Shown in pieces: positions 44,786 to 54,913 of a stretch of DNA of 64,000 nt (its first letter is position 1; every line of letters begins with the position of its first letter). The notes beneath the pieces were generated by a model. The model searched no databases. It was not told the DNA's origin and worked only from the letters and a program-made list of their open reading frames with translations. The translations under genes and the position numbers were made by a program. Source of the stretch: Lysobacterales bacterium (GTDB taxonomy: Bacteria > Pseudomonadota > Gammaproteobacteria > Xanthomonadales > SZUA-5); assembly GCA_022844165.1 (NCBI GenBank), contig JALHMH010000003.1, positions 64,001 to 128,000 of the forward strand. Direction: 5' to 3'.

Positions 44786-47700
44786 CTAACCTCCCAACAC
44801 CCGCGCCAACACCGACCTGAGCGCCAACGGCCGAACCGGCTTATGCACCAACTGCACATCCGCCTCGGCCGCTTTGTCTTTCAACTCTGCCGAATGGTCG
44901 GCGCTGATCAGAATCGTAGGCCGATCGCCGCACTTCTTTCGCAGCCGCTCCCGCAACGCCAACCCGGTGAGCCCACCATCCAGGTGGTAATCCAAGATCC
45001 ACACATCCGTCTCGCCTGCGGCGGCGAGCGCATCTTCGAGACCACCGGCGCTGACGACACGGATATCCCACGCCGCCACTAGCTGCGCCAGTGCTGCGCG
45101 TCCATCGGGTTCGTTATCGACGATCAACACGCGCCGACCGGCTGCCAGTCGCGGGCTCGCGGCGGGTTCGGGGCGCGGCACAGCGGCGCAGGCCGGAACT
45201 TCAATGGAGATTGCCGTCCCGCGACCCGGAACGCTGTCCAGCGCAATCGTGTGTCCCAGCAGGCGCGCAATGCGTTGACTAATGGCGAGGCCCAATCCCA
45301 GCCCTTCGGGTGCGGTTTCGCGGGCAGCGTCGAGCCGCTGGAATTCCTCGAACACGCGCAGGCGATCGGCAGGTTCAATGCCGACGCCAGTGTCGACCAC
45401 GGTTAGGCGCAGGTTCGACCTTGAGCGTCGCACGCCGATGAGAACGCCGCCGCGCGCGGTGTATCGAAGCGCGTTGGCGACGAAGTTCTGCAGCACGCGG
45501 CGCACGAGGCCGGCATCCGACTGTGCCCAGGCTTTGGTCGCAACCACGCGCAATGTGAGCCCACGCTCCCCCGCGGAGAGATCGAACTCGGCGGCGAGTG
45601 TTGCGATCAGCTCGCCAACCGCGAACGGCGCGCACTTGGGTTCGGCGCCGCCAACGTCGAGGCGCGATAAATCCAACAGGCCCGCAAGCAGCGCTTCGGT
45701 GGACTTGAGCGCGCTGCCGATCTGGCGCACGTTGGGTGCGTATTCGGCATGTTTGAGCGTCAGCGACAGCGCGTGCGTGTACAACGTCGCGGCGTTCAGC
45801 GGCTGCAGCAAATCGTGGCTGATCGCGGCCAGAAATCGGGTCTTGGCGGCGTTCGCCTGCTCGGCAATGGCGGTGGCGGCCGCCAGCTCGTGTGTGCGTT
45901 CGACGACGCGCGCTTCGAGCGTTTCGTTGCTGGTGCGTAGCGCTTGTTCGGCGGCGCGGAAGGCGCTGATGTCGGTGTAGGTGGTAACGAAGCCGCCGCC
46001 GGGAATGGGATTGCCGCGGATTTCGATTACGACGTCATTCGGCCATTGGCGCTCGAAGACGTAACTCGATCCCGCTTGCAAGAATCCTAAGCGCCGTGCC
46101 ACCAGCTCATCGACGGCGCCTGGGCCTAACAAACCGCGCTCGGCGTTGTAGCGAAACAACTCGGCCACCGGGCGCCCGACGTGCAGGAAATCGGGCGGAT
46201 AACCGAGCAGTGCTGCGTAACGCTGATTCCACGCAACGAGGCGCAAATCGCCGTCGACCACGCTGATGCCCTGGCTCAAGTTGGCCATCGCGGTATCGAT
46301 CAAGGCGTGCGAAAAGCTGACCGCCTCGCGGGCATGGCCAACGACTTCAGTGATCGCGCTCAACTCCTCGCGCGCGCCGCGGCGCGCCGCATCGAGCAGC
46401 AGGCGTGCCGAGGCGGCGCCGATCAGCGCGCTGAGCGCGTGCTCGACGGCAGTCAGCTGTGTTGCGCTGGCGAGACGATCGCTGTCGCCGCTGGCCGGGC
46501 CGAGCAATGCATCGATGCGCTCCGGGTCGAGCAGGCGCCTTGCCGTTGCGCGCAGATCGCTCAACCGCGGCACATTCGCACTCGGAACGACGCCGCGCTT
46601 TTCGCGGCGCGAGGCGAGCACCAGGGTGAAGCTGTTGGCCAGCAAACTCCACAGTACGCCGTGTGTCAGTGGGTCGATGCCCGAGAGACCAAAGAGCGCT
46701 CGCGGCGACAGCCACGACAGCCCAAACGGGACTGCAATCCAGGGTTCGGCGACGAGAGCCGGCAATAGCAGCGTGTAGGCCCACACGGCCAAACCCACGG
46801 CCAGCGCGAACAGTACGCCGCGGCGCTGTGCATTCGGCCAGTACAACGCCGCAAACAACGCCGGAGCCAGCTGCGCCAGCGCCGCGAAGGCGATAGAGCC
46901 CACATCGGCCAAGGCGTCGCTGGCGACGATGAGTCGGCTGTACGCGTAGGCGGCCAGCATCGTTAGTGCGATCACCGCGCGCCGCTGCCACAGCACCGTG
47001 AGCGTCAGATCGCCGCGACCACGGCGCACCACGAGTGGCGCCAGCCAGTGATTGCCGACCATGATCGCGAGAGTCAGCGTGGCCATCACGACCATGCCGG
47101 CGGCGGCGCTGACGCCGCCGAGAAAGGCGATCAATGCCAGCGCATTGGCGCCGGCCTGCAACGGCAAACCCAGCACGAACAAGTCGCTCGGCACCTCGCC
47201 CGCCAGCAGTGTTTGACCGGCGATCGCCAGCGGCAACACGAACACGCTCATCAGCAGCAGATACAGCGGAAAGGCCCAACGCGCCCGGTCGATGTGCCTG
47301 AGGTCGCGGCACTCGACGACGCTCAGGTGGAATTGGTGCGGTAACACGAACATCGCCAGCGCGCCGAGAACGATCAACGTCACGAAGTTCATGCCAGGTG
47401 CGGATGGCACTGGCAACGCGGCGCGCGCTTCAAGTACGGCGCTGAAACCGTCGAACAACCAGAAAACGGTAAAGATGCCGACGGCGCTCAATGCCAACAG
47501 CTTCAACAAAGATTCGAAGGCCATCGCCAGGACCACACCACCGGCATTGACGCCGGCGCGGCGCGTGCCGAACAACATCGCGAACAGCGCCATCGCCAGT
47601 GCCGCCATCGCGGCGCTGTCGTGACCGCGCACGCCCAGCAACGCGGCCGACAGCAAGTCGAAGCTCTGGGCAACGGCTTTGAGCTGCAGCGCCACATAAG

Positions 47701-48079
47701 GCACCAGGCCAACCACCGCGATCAAGGTGGCCAGCGCGGCAATGCCGACGCTCTTGTCGAACCGCGAAGCCAGCAAGTCCGCGATGGATGTTGTGTGCCG
47801 CGCGTGAGCTTCGACCACGAGGCGTTTCAACAGCGGCGTGGCAAACGCAAACACCAGGATCGTGCCGACGAAGGTTGGGGGAACCCACCAGCCGTGGCGC
47901 AGCGCCTGGGTGACCGTGCCGTAAAACGTCCATGACGTGCAGTACACCGCCAGGGACAGGGTGTATATGGTGGCCGCATGGCGCCGCAGGAAATCGCCGC
48001 GATGTTCGCCAAAACGCGCGGCGGCGAACAGCAGCAACAGCCAGGCGGCACCGGCAATGGCGATGACTGTAGGCGACAT
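44786..48079 (-). CDS. SSS-domain hybrid histidine kinase (CrbS/MxtR-like: SLC5-PAS-HisKA-HATPase-REC)
   Basis: LSLAVYCTSWTFYG, VPYVALQLKA, LPHQFH, PAS (WNQRY), SHDLLQPLNAA, GLGLGLAI and REC LDYHLD. Start MSPTVIA at 48079. Confidence 0.92.
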   Translation of the reverse strand: MSPTVIAIAGAAWLLLLFAAARFGEHRGDFLRRHAATIYTLSLAVYCTSWTFYGTVTQALRHGWWVPPTFVGTILVFAFATPLLKRLVVEAHARHTTSIADLLASRFDKSVGIAALATLIAVVGLVPYVALQLKAVAQSFDLLSAALLGVRGHDSAAMAALAMALFAMLFGTRRAGVNAGGVVLAMAFESLLKLLALSAVGIFTVFWLFDGFSAVLEARAALPVPSAPGMNFVTLIVLGALAMFVLPHQFHLSVVECRDLRHIDRARWAFPLYLLLMSVFVLPLAIAGQTLLAGEVPSDLFVLGLPLQAGANALALIAFLGGVSAAAGMVVMATLTLAIMVGNHWLAPLVVRRGRGDLTLTVLWQRRAVIALTMLAAYAYSRLIVASDALADVGSIAFAALAQLAPALFAALYWPNAQRRGVLFALAVGLAVWAYTLLLPALVAEPWIAVPFGLSWLSPRALFGLSGIDPLTHGVLWSLLANSFTLVLASRREKRGVVPSANVPRLSDLRATARRLLDPERIDALLGPASGDSDRLASATQLTAVEHALSALIGAASARLLLDAARRGAREELSAITEVVGHAREAVSFSHALIDTAMANLSQGISVVDGDLRLVAWNQRYAALLGYPPDFLHVGRPVAELFRYNAERGLLGPGAVDELVARRLGFLQAGSSYVFERQWPNDVVIEIRGNPIPGGGFVTTYTDISAFRAAEQALRTSNETLEARVVERTHELAAATAIAEQANAAKTRFLAAISHDLLQPLNAATLYTHALSLTLKHAEYAPNVRQIGSALKSTEALLAGLLDLSRLDVGGAEPKCAPFAVGELIATLAAEFDLSAGERGLTLRVVATKAWAQSDAGLVRRVLQNFVANALRYTARGGVLIGVRRSRSNLRLTVVDTGVGIEPADRLRVFEEFQRLDAARETAPEGLGLGLAISQRIARLLGHTIALDSVPGRGTAISIEVPACAAVPRPEPAASPRLAAGRRVLIVDNEPDGRAALAQLVAAWDIRVVSAGGLEDALAAAGETDVWILDYHLDGGLTGLALRERLRKKCGDRPTILISADHSAELKDKAAEADVQLVHKPVRPLALRSVLARVLGG

Positions 48080-48128
48080 TCGCTCAGGTTTAGACGATTT
48101 CAGGGCGGCTCGCGCTAACATCCGCCGA

Positions 48129-48623
48129 ATGCGCTGCTTTTGTCTACTGCTGGCGATGGTCTTTTGTGCGCCGCTCGGTGCGCAGACGCTGCTCGTGCGC
48201 CATGCAACCGTGCTCGACCTGCCGGCGCCCAGTATTGCGCTCGATCTGCGCGCGGACCTGGGCGAGACAGCCACGGCCGCATTAGGCGCAGGCATCGTAC
48301 TGGTGTTTCAGGCGCAATGGGAATTGCCCGATGGCCGCACGCTGACGCAACCGCTCACCCTGAGCTACAGCCCGCTGCTCGATCAGTATGCGTTGCAGCT
48401 CGGCAGCCGGCCGCCGCAGCGCTTCGACCTGCGCAATGCGCTGCTGGCCGCACTCGAGAACGCCAACCTGAGTTGGCCGGACGCCGAACCTTGCGCCAGT
48501 GTTTGTGCCGGCCGCCTGCGTGTGGTCCTGGACCGCAGCCGACTACCCGCACCGCTCAGGCTCAACGCCGTTGCCGCACGCGGCTGGCAATTGGACAGCG
48601 CATGGACGACAGTCGACAAATAG
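48129..48623 (+). CDS. DUF4390-like exported protein
   Basis: Signal peptide, AL..GI.LVF, LSYSPLLDQY, LDRSRLPAPLR...WQLDS, directly upstream of an NtrY-like kinase. Confidence 0.75.
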   Translation: MRCFCLLLAMVFCAPLGAQTLLVRHATVLDLPAPSIALDLRADLGETATAALGAGIVLVFQAQWELPDGRTLTQPLTLSYSPLLDQYALQLGSRPPQRFDLRNALLAALENANLSWPDAEPCASVCAGRLRVVLDRSRLPAPLRLNAVAARGWQLDSAWTTVDK

Positions 48624-50746
48624 CCTGGCGTCAGGCACTGGTGCCGCTCGCAGCGCTGACGCTGCTGAGTATCGGTGCGCTGTATCTGGCCGGCGAGAAC
48701 AACGAACTCGGTCCGCGCATGGGCGCTGAGTGGCCCTATGTCATCGGCGCGATGTTGGCGGCGCTGCTGGTACTGCTCGGCGCGATCGGCGCGCAAGCCT
48801 GGCGCTTGTGGCGCGACCTGCGCGCGCGCTCGCCCGGCGCGCGCTTGAGCTGGCGCCTGCTCAAGCGCCTGGCGCTCCTGGTGCTGCCGCCGCTGGTGCT
48901 GCTGTTTTTCTTCGCGTTGCGGTTTATCCACGGCGCGGTGGATGGCTGGTTCAAGGTGGATGTGGCCGCCGCCCTCGACGATGGCTTCAAGGTCGCGCAG
49001 CGCTCGATCGAGGTCTCAGAGCAGCAGTTATTGAGCCGTGCCGAGGCTTTGGGCCGCCGTATCAACGAAGGCGAAATCGCCGTCGACGATGCCGCGCTGA
49101 TCCATGCTCTGGACGATTTGGATGCCGATGAATTGATCGTATATGGTGCCGATCGATCAGTATTGGCGCGCGCTGACCTGGACTTGAGCGCGTTGGGCGC
49201 GATGAGTCCGGACGATGCGCTATGGCGCTCGGCGCGGCGCAATGGCACGGCATCGATCACGGAACGGCAGGGCGAGTCGCTGCAAGCCATGGCCTTGGTC
49301 GACTTGCCGGATCGCGATGCAGTGTTGCTGGCGCGATTCGTCCTCGACAACCAGATCGCTACGCTTGCCGGTGCCATCGAGCAGCGCTATCACGACTATC
49401 GGCAACTCGCGGTGATGCGCGACGCGCTGAAATACACGGTCAGTGTGGTGCTCAGCGTGGTGCTGATCGCTGCCGTCTTGTTTGCGCTGTATCTGGCGTT
49501 TGCGCTGGCGCGTGGGCTTGTCGAACCGCTGCGACGACTCGTCGGCGCGACGCGCGCTGTTGCTCAGGGCGACTATCGGATTACGGTGCCGGAAATCAGC
49601 GACGACGAAATAGGTGGCCTGGCACGCGCCTTCAATCAGATGGCCGGGCAACTCGACGAGGCCAATCAACGTCAGTTGCGCTCGGCAGCGGACGCCGAGG
49701 CCGGGCGGCGCTACTTCGAAGGGCTGCTTGATCGACTGTCCTCTGGCGTGCTGAGCCTGGATGGCGCCGGACGATTGCGCACCAGCAATGGTGCCGCGCA
49801 GGAAATCCTCGGCGTCGACCTGAGTTCCTGGCAAGGGCTGGCGATCGAGCGCCTGGGGCGAGCCGATCCACCGTTGCAGCCGCTCGTGCAGCGACTCATC
49901 GAAGCGCTCGCCCAACAACCGGGTGACTGGCGCGACGAAGTGCGCTTGTTGCGCGGCGCACAGGAGCAGCGCCTGTTGCTGCGCGGCGCGCGATTGCCCG
50001 GCGGCGATGGCGAAGTGGGTGGTCTGGTGCTGGTGTTCGACGATGAATCCGAATTTGCGCGCGCGACCCGCGACAGCGCTTGGAGCGAGGTTGCGCGACG
50101 TCTGGCACACGAGATCAAAAATCCGCTGACGCCGATCCAGCTCGCTGCAGAACGCATGCGCCGCAAACTCCTGGAGCGGCTGCCAGCCGAAGACCGCGAT
50201 GTGCTGGACCGCGCCACACACACGATCGTGGCCCAGGTTGAAGCGCTGAAATCGATGGTCAACGCGTTTGGCGACTACGCGCGGCCACCGCGCCTGGAAC
50301 TTAAGTCCATGAGACTGTCGACGATCATTCGCGAGGTGGTTGAGCTGTACATGGGCGACACTTCGCGCGTGGACATCAGTTTGCATCTTCCGGACGACGA
50401 GGCCCCAGTGCGAGCCGATGCCGGACGCGTGCGGCAATTGCTGCACAACCTCATTCGCAACGCCGAAGAGGCGCTGCCAGAGGGCCGGGCGCAGGTCGAG
50501 ATTGCGCTGTATGGAGGTGCCGAGGGGTCGCGCAATTATGTCGAACTGGAAGTCCGCGACCACGGCCCTGGCATCCCGGAAAATCTCAAGGATCGCCTGT
50601 TCGAGCCGTACACCACGACTAAGGCCAAGGGCACCGGCCTTGGATTGGCGATCGTGAAAAAAATCGTCGAGGAACACGGCGGCCACATTCGCGCTGACAA
50701 TCTGCAAGGCGGCGGCGCGCGGTTTCGCGTGCGCTTTCCGATGTAG
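48602..50746 (+). CDS. NtrY-like HAMP-PAS sensor histidine kinase
   Basis: AWSEVARRLAHEIKNPLTPIQLAAER, DHGPG and FEPYTTTKAKGTGLGLAIV. Start ATG 48602. Confidence 0.92.
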   Translation: MDDSRQIAWRQALVPLAALTLLSIGALYLAGENNELGPRMGAEWPYVIGAMLAALLVLLGAIGAQAWRLWRDLRARSPGARLSWRLLKRLALLVLPPLVLLFFFALRFIHGAVDGWFKVDVAAALDDGFKVAQRSIEVSEQQLLSRAEALGRRINEGEIAVDDAALIHALDDLDADELIVYGADRSVLARADLDLSALGAMSPDDALWRSARRNGTASITERQGESLQAMALVDLPDRDAVLLARFVLDNQIATLAGAIEQRYHDYRQLAVMRDALKYTVSVVLSVVLIAAVLFALYLAFALARGLVEPLRRLVGATRAVAQGDYRITVPEISDDEIGGLARAFNQMAGQLDEANQRQLRSAADAEAGRRYFEGLLDRLSSGVLSLDGAGRLRTSNGAAQEILGVDLSSWQGLAIERLGRADPPLQPLVQRLIEALAQQPGDWRDEVRLLRGAQEQRLLLRGARLPGGDGEVGGLVLVFDDESEFARATRDSAWSEVARRLAHEIKNPLTPIQLAAERMRRKLLERLPAEDRDVLDRATHTIVAQVEALKSMVNAFGDYARPPRLELKSMRLSTIIREVVELYMGDTSRVDISLHLPDDEAPVRADAGRVRQLLHNLIRNAEEALPEGRAQVEIALYGGAEGSRNYVELEVRDHGPGIPENLKDRLFEPYTTTKAKGTGLGLAIVKKIVEEHGGHIRADNLQGGGARFRVRFPM

Positions 50747-50872
50747 CGCAGGGAACGGCAGCAATGCCCCGACCTGGCTTTCAGCTAAGGCGCCTCGCGT
50801 AAACGTGGCCGGTTCGAATCCAGTTACTACCCGTCTCCGGATCGGTCACGACGTTGGCGGCCCGAATCGCCG

Positions 50873-51388
50873 CTATCGGGCGTGCCATTGCGCCAGCAAT
50901 TTGCAGGCACTGGCGAGCGCCTGCAGGATCAACAGCACTGCGAAGGTGGGTATCAGGGCCTTGACCATCCACAGGTAAGACAATCCACTGGGTTCATTGG
51001 AACGTTCGCCGATGGCAAAACTGGTAGCGACGTAGGAATAGCTGACGGCCAGCACAAACAGCGCAAATGGCAGGACGACGAGCAGCAGTCCGATGACTTC
51101 GACGAGCAGTTTGGTGCGCGGCGAGAAGCGTTTGCTCAGCACGTCGACGCGCACATGTTCGTCTCGCGCCAGCGCGTAAGAGGCGCCGAGCAGGAAAACC
51201 GCAGCGTTGAGCGCCAGCACCAACTCGCGAAGCCACGCTTCGGAAAATCCGAAGGCATAACGCAGTAACACCACAGCAAACATACCGAACACACCCAATA
51301 CGACCAAGGCGCCGAGCGCGCGGCCCGTCTGCGCGACCGGCCAGGCCAGCAGCGTCGCGGCTCGGTCAAGGAGCTTGGCGTAAGGCAT
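50873..51388 (-). CDS. TRAP transporter small permease (DctQ-like)
   Basis: VVLLRYAF, EL, HVRVDVL and four TMs. Confidence 0.88.
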   Translation of the reverse strand: MPYAKLLDRAATLLAWPVAQTGRALGALVVLGVFGMFAVVLLRYAFGFSEAWLRELVLALNAAVFLLGASYALARDEHVRVDVLSKRFSPRTKLLVEVIGLLLVVLPFALFVLAVSYSYVATSFAIGERSNEPSGLSYLWMVKALIPTFAVLLILQALASACKLLAQWHAR

Positions 51389-53162
51389 CGTCGGCTTCGA
51401 ACAAAGCGATCAAATCGCGTCGCGCCTGATCGCTCGACTGAATCAGTGCCGACTCATCGTCGTGAACCAGATGCTGCTGAGCAAGCAATGCCTCATCGAA
51501 GGCGCGGAACCTTTCGACACGTTCGCTGGCAGTGGCGCTATCCAGGCCGAGTTCTTCGAGCACTTTTTGTGTCATTGACAGCGCACCGTGCAGCGTCTCG
51601 CGAATAATGAAGTCGATGCCAAGATCCATCAACTTGAATGCGTGTTGTCGATTGCGCGCCCGAGCGATGATCTTGACATGCGGGTAGAGCTTGCGCACGG
51701 TTCTCGCCACGCGCACCGAATGTTCGACATCGTCAATTGCCAGTACGAAAACCCTGGCATCGCCAACGCGTGCGGCGCGCAACAACTCCGGGCGCGCCGG
51801 GTCGCCGAAATACAAAGTGGAGCCAAAGCGGCGACTCAAGTCGACTTGTTCAGCAGACGGTTCGATGACGGTAAATGGCGTCTTTTGTGCCGAAAGCACA
51901 CGTCCCGGTACTTGACCGACACGCCCGAAGCCGGCGATGACGACCTGCGAATGGTGATCGGGTATGGCATCGAATTGCCGTTTGCTGGTGTGCGTATCCA
52001 ACTGGCGATCGGCAAACGCTGCAATGCCGAGCACGATGAACGGCGTGCAGGCCATGGCCAGGGCAACGACAAGATTGAGCAACCCGGCGAGATCCGCGCT
52101 GATCAAATTTGCGCCCTCTGCCGTGGCAAACACGACAAAGGCGAACTCCCCGCCAGAGGCCAGCATGGCGGCCAGAAACAGACTTTGTCGCTGCGAGTAG
52201 CCGAAACTGCGGCCGACCGCCCACATCACCAGCAGTTGCAGTGCGAGCACCGCGGCCAACAATCCCAGAATCATGCCCGGTGCAGAGTACAAACGCTGTA
52301 GTTCGAGGCTCATTCCTACGCTCATGAAGAACAAACCCAGCAGCAGTCCTTTGAACGGCTCGATATGCGATTCCAGTTCGTGGCGATACTCGGAATCGGC
52401 AAGCAATACACCAGCAAGAAAAGCACCAAGTCCCATCGATAGTCCCACCTGTTGCATCAGCAACGCCGTGCCGAGCACAACGAGCAGTGCCGCAGCACTG
52501 AACACCTCGACGCTGTCGGTCTTGGAGATCGCGCGAAAAACAGGCCGGAGAAGATAGCGCCCGGCCAGAATAACCAGCGCGATCGCGCCGAGTACCAGTA
52601 ACGCAGACAACCACGGGTCGCGCGTCGATCGCTGGATCTCACCTGCGGCAAGGAGCGGGATCAAGGCCACCACGGGCACGGCGACCAGATCCTGGAACAA
52701 AAACACGCCGAAGCTGCCGCGACCATGTTCGGCTGTCAGTTCACCGCGCTCGGCGAGAATCTGAACCCCAAACGCTGTCGACGACAACGCCAGGCCAAAG
52801 CCGGCAATCCATGCCGCGGCGGTCGGCAATCCCATCCACCAGCCAGCTGTCGCAAAGATCCCGGTCACGAGCAGCATTTGCGATGCGCCCAGACCAAGCA
52901 AAACACGCCGCATCAGCCACAGGCGCTGCGGTGACAACTCCAGGCCGAGCACAAACAGCAGCATGACAACACCGATCTCAGAAAAAGTGAGCAGTGTCTC
53001 CGGGTCCGACACGAGATTGAATGCTTCCGGGCCAACGAGCACGCCAGCAATCAAATAGCCGAGCACCGCGCCCATCTTGGCTTTCTTGCTGATCACGACA
53101 GCCAGAATGGCAGCGGCGAGAAACACCACCGCGTAGAGCAGGAAACCATGAGCGTCGTGCAT
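51366..53162 (-). CDS. KefB/KefC-type K+ efflux CPA2 antiporter with KTN domain
   Basis: VLGYLIAG, LSSTA, LFQDL, SEYRHELESHIEPFKGLLLGLFF and GFGRVGQ motifs. Confidence 0.92.
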   Translation of the reverse strand: MHDAHGFLLYAVVFLAAAILAVVISKKAKMGAVLGYLIAGVLVGPEAFNLVSDPETLLTFSEIGVVMLLFVLGLELSPQRLWLMRRVLLGLGASQMLLVTGIFATAGWWMGLPTAAAWIAGFGLALSSTAFGVQILAERGELTAEHGRGSFGVFLFQDLVAVPVVALIPLLAAGEIQRSTRDPWLSALLVLGAIALVILAGRYLLRPVFRAISKTDSVEVFSAAALLVVLGTALLMQQVGLSMGLGAFLAGVLLADSEYRHELESHIEPFKGLLLGLFFMSVGMSLELQRLYSAPGMILGLLAAVLALQLLVMWAVGRSFGYSQRQSLFLAAMLASGGEFAFVVFATAEGANLISADLAGLLNLVVALAMACTPFIVLGIAAFADRQLDTHTSKRQFDAIPDHHSQVVIAGFGRVGQVPGRVLSAQKTPFTVIEPSAEQVDLSRRFGSTLYFGDPARPELLRAARVGDARVFVLAIDDVEHSVRVARTVRKLYPHVKIIARARNRQHAFKLMDLGIDFIIRETLHGALSMTQKVLEELGLDSATASERVERFRAFDEALLAQQHLVHDDESALIQSSDQARRDLIALFEADDALRQAP

Positions 53163-53432
53163 GGGTGCGCCGGGGAAGTGGATGTCAGCAGTCTACCGTG
53201 CGCGGATGTGTGATTGACTACCCGAGGCTTCGCCTCAGACCGCCGAGCACGGTTGGCTTCTCTCGACGGCGTATACAAGGATCATGGCTAAAGCCATCCG
53301 CAAAAAACGAAAGTTGTGCGGCCATGATCGTTGCGGAAATCTCCGATTTCCCAAACTCCCCGACGGCATAGCCGCCGGTCGTTCGGCTCGGTACGCGCCT
53401 TGCGGCGCGTCATCACTCGATGCTGAGTTTTT

Positions 53433-54365
53433 TCAACGAATGGCAGCAACGAACTGCTTAGGGTTGACCGGCTTGCCTTCGAACCAAACTTCAAAGTGCA
53501 CATGCGTTCCGGTGGCGCGGCCCGTCGCACCCAACTTCCCGATCAACTGGCCGGCTTGCACGACATCGCCCAGATCCACAAGATTCTTGTCATTGTGCGC
53601 GTAGCGGGTAACGTAACCATTGCCATGATCAATGTCGATCATGTTGCCGTAGGCCGGGTGGCGCCCCGAGAATGCAACAACGCCAGTGGCGACACTCAAC
53701 ACATCTGCGCCTTTGACGCCGTCGAAATCGATGCCCGAATGGAAAGCACGGCGACCAGAAATGGGGTCGACGCGATAGCCAAAGTGGGATGAGACGAATC
53801 CGGTACGGACGGGCATTCCAGCGGGCATGAACTCTGCCTCAAGGTCCCGGTCGACAAGCAGCGTTTCGAGGATGCCAAGTTGTTCGGCTTGCACGTTGAA
53901 CTGCTGACGTAACTTATCAAGCGAGTCGTTGAACTCAGGCGCCAGAAATCCCTCTTCGAGCGGCAGCTGATTCTCCGGGCCACCCACATCGGGCAATTCG
54001 CTGAAGTTGAATTCGCCGTCCTCGAGCTTGCCCATCCGCGTCAGTCGAAGGCCCAGCGCATTGAGGCGCGCCGCATGTGCCTGCAACTCGCCAAGTTGCA
54101 TTGCCAGGGCGTTGAGATCGCGTTTTGCCTTGGCTTCGGTTTCATCGAGTTGCGCTTGCTGCGCGAGAAGTTTGCCGCGCATTTCAGCCAAATCGCCACT
54201 GCTGGCCATATCGCCCTGGAGCGCTCGCCCTGCCCAGAAACCGCAGCCAACCAGCAGCGCCAACATACTCACGCCGATGGCCCCGAGTGCCACCCGAATC
54301 CGTGGACAGGTCAATGAAATGACCTTGGAACCAACGCGCGTGCCGCCTGTCAAAATAATGTTCAT
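53433..54365 (-). CDS. M23 family metallopeptidase with coiled coil
   Basis: GEFNF...VGGP, HSGID, TRYAHN and HVHFEV; family normally found upstream of secA. Start MNIIL at 54365. Confidence 0.92.
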   Translation of the reverse strand: MNIILTGGTRVGSKVISLTCPRIRVALGAIGVSMLALLVGCGFWAGRALQGDMASSGDLAEMRGKLLAQQAQLDETEAKAKRDLNALAMQLGELQAHAARLNALGLRLTRMGKLEDGEFNFSELPDVGGPENQLPLEEGFLAPEFNDSLDKLRQQFNVQAEQLGILETLLVDRDLEAEFMPAGMPVRTGFVSSHFGYRVDPISGRRAFHSGIDFDGVKGADVLSVATGVVAFSGRHPAYGNMIDIDHGNGYVTRYAHNDKNLVDLGDVVQAGQLIGKLGATGRATGTHVHFEVWFEGKPVNPKQFVAAIR

Positions 54366-54424
54366 GTCAAACCTGCTCTCAAGTGCCTTCGCCGGTGCGC
54401 GCCTGGACATCCAACAGAGCCGAT

Positions 54425-54727
54425 ATGCCCCGTTATCCCGCGTTAGCTGATGTACTCCAGGACATGCCAATCGTTGCCTCGCTTGTGGAAAAAGCGCGGC
54501 TGCTGGAGGTGTGGGACCAACGCTTGCGCGCGCTCCTGCCCCCCCGACTCGCATCCGAGTGCCAACTTGCCAATGTGCGCAAGGGGCAACTCGTGTTCCT
54601 GGCGCAATCACCCGCGTGGGCGTCCAAACTGCGCCTTTTGAGCCGACAACTCCTCGACGAGGCGAATGACAACCTCGGTCTCGAAGTACAGCGGCTCACC
54701 GTGAAGGTCGCTCGCCCTGATGCATGA
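54425..54727 (+). CDS. DUF721/DciA-family protein
   Basis: CQLANVRKGQLVFLAQSPAWASKLR motif and conserved position between lpxC and the M23 gene. Confidence 0.82.
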   Translation: MPRYPALADVLQDMPIVASLVEKARLLEVWDQRLRALLPPRLASECQLANVRKGQLVFLAQSPAWASKLRLLSRQLLDEANDNLGLEVQRLTVKVARPDA

Positions 54728-54913
54728 ACCCCGTGCATCAACACAACCGACCCAAGTGCATTGCCCGTTGACTTGCGCAATGTGACCGGTGGTGAACCGG
54801 TCAAGATGGCCTCACTGGCCGTTCGACTTCCGTGTCGAATGCTTCCAATTTGTCCTGATTATTCTTCGGTGTGTAACTACCGTCGGGCAGACGACGGATG
54901 ATTCCCTCGTGGA

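Noticed and set aside
49220-50764. 514-aa minus-strand ORF opposite the NtrY-like kinase
   Set aside because: Typical stop-poor antisense frame of a high-GC gene; no recognisable motifs.
50806-50830. GGTTCGAATCC, resembling a tRNA T-loop or att site
   Set aside because: The T-stem has a mismatch and I could not build acceptor, D or anticodon arms or a CCA end; probably chance. tRNAscan-SE or ARAGORN would settle it.
54728-54913. Several short hairpins between the convergent DciA-like gene and lpxC (e.g. TGACCGGT-N5-ACCGGTCA)
   Set aside because: Adequately explained as termination or stability hairpins between convergent genes; no higher-order pattern seen.
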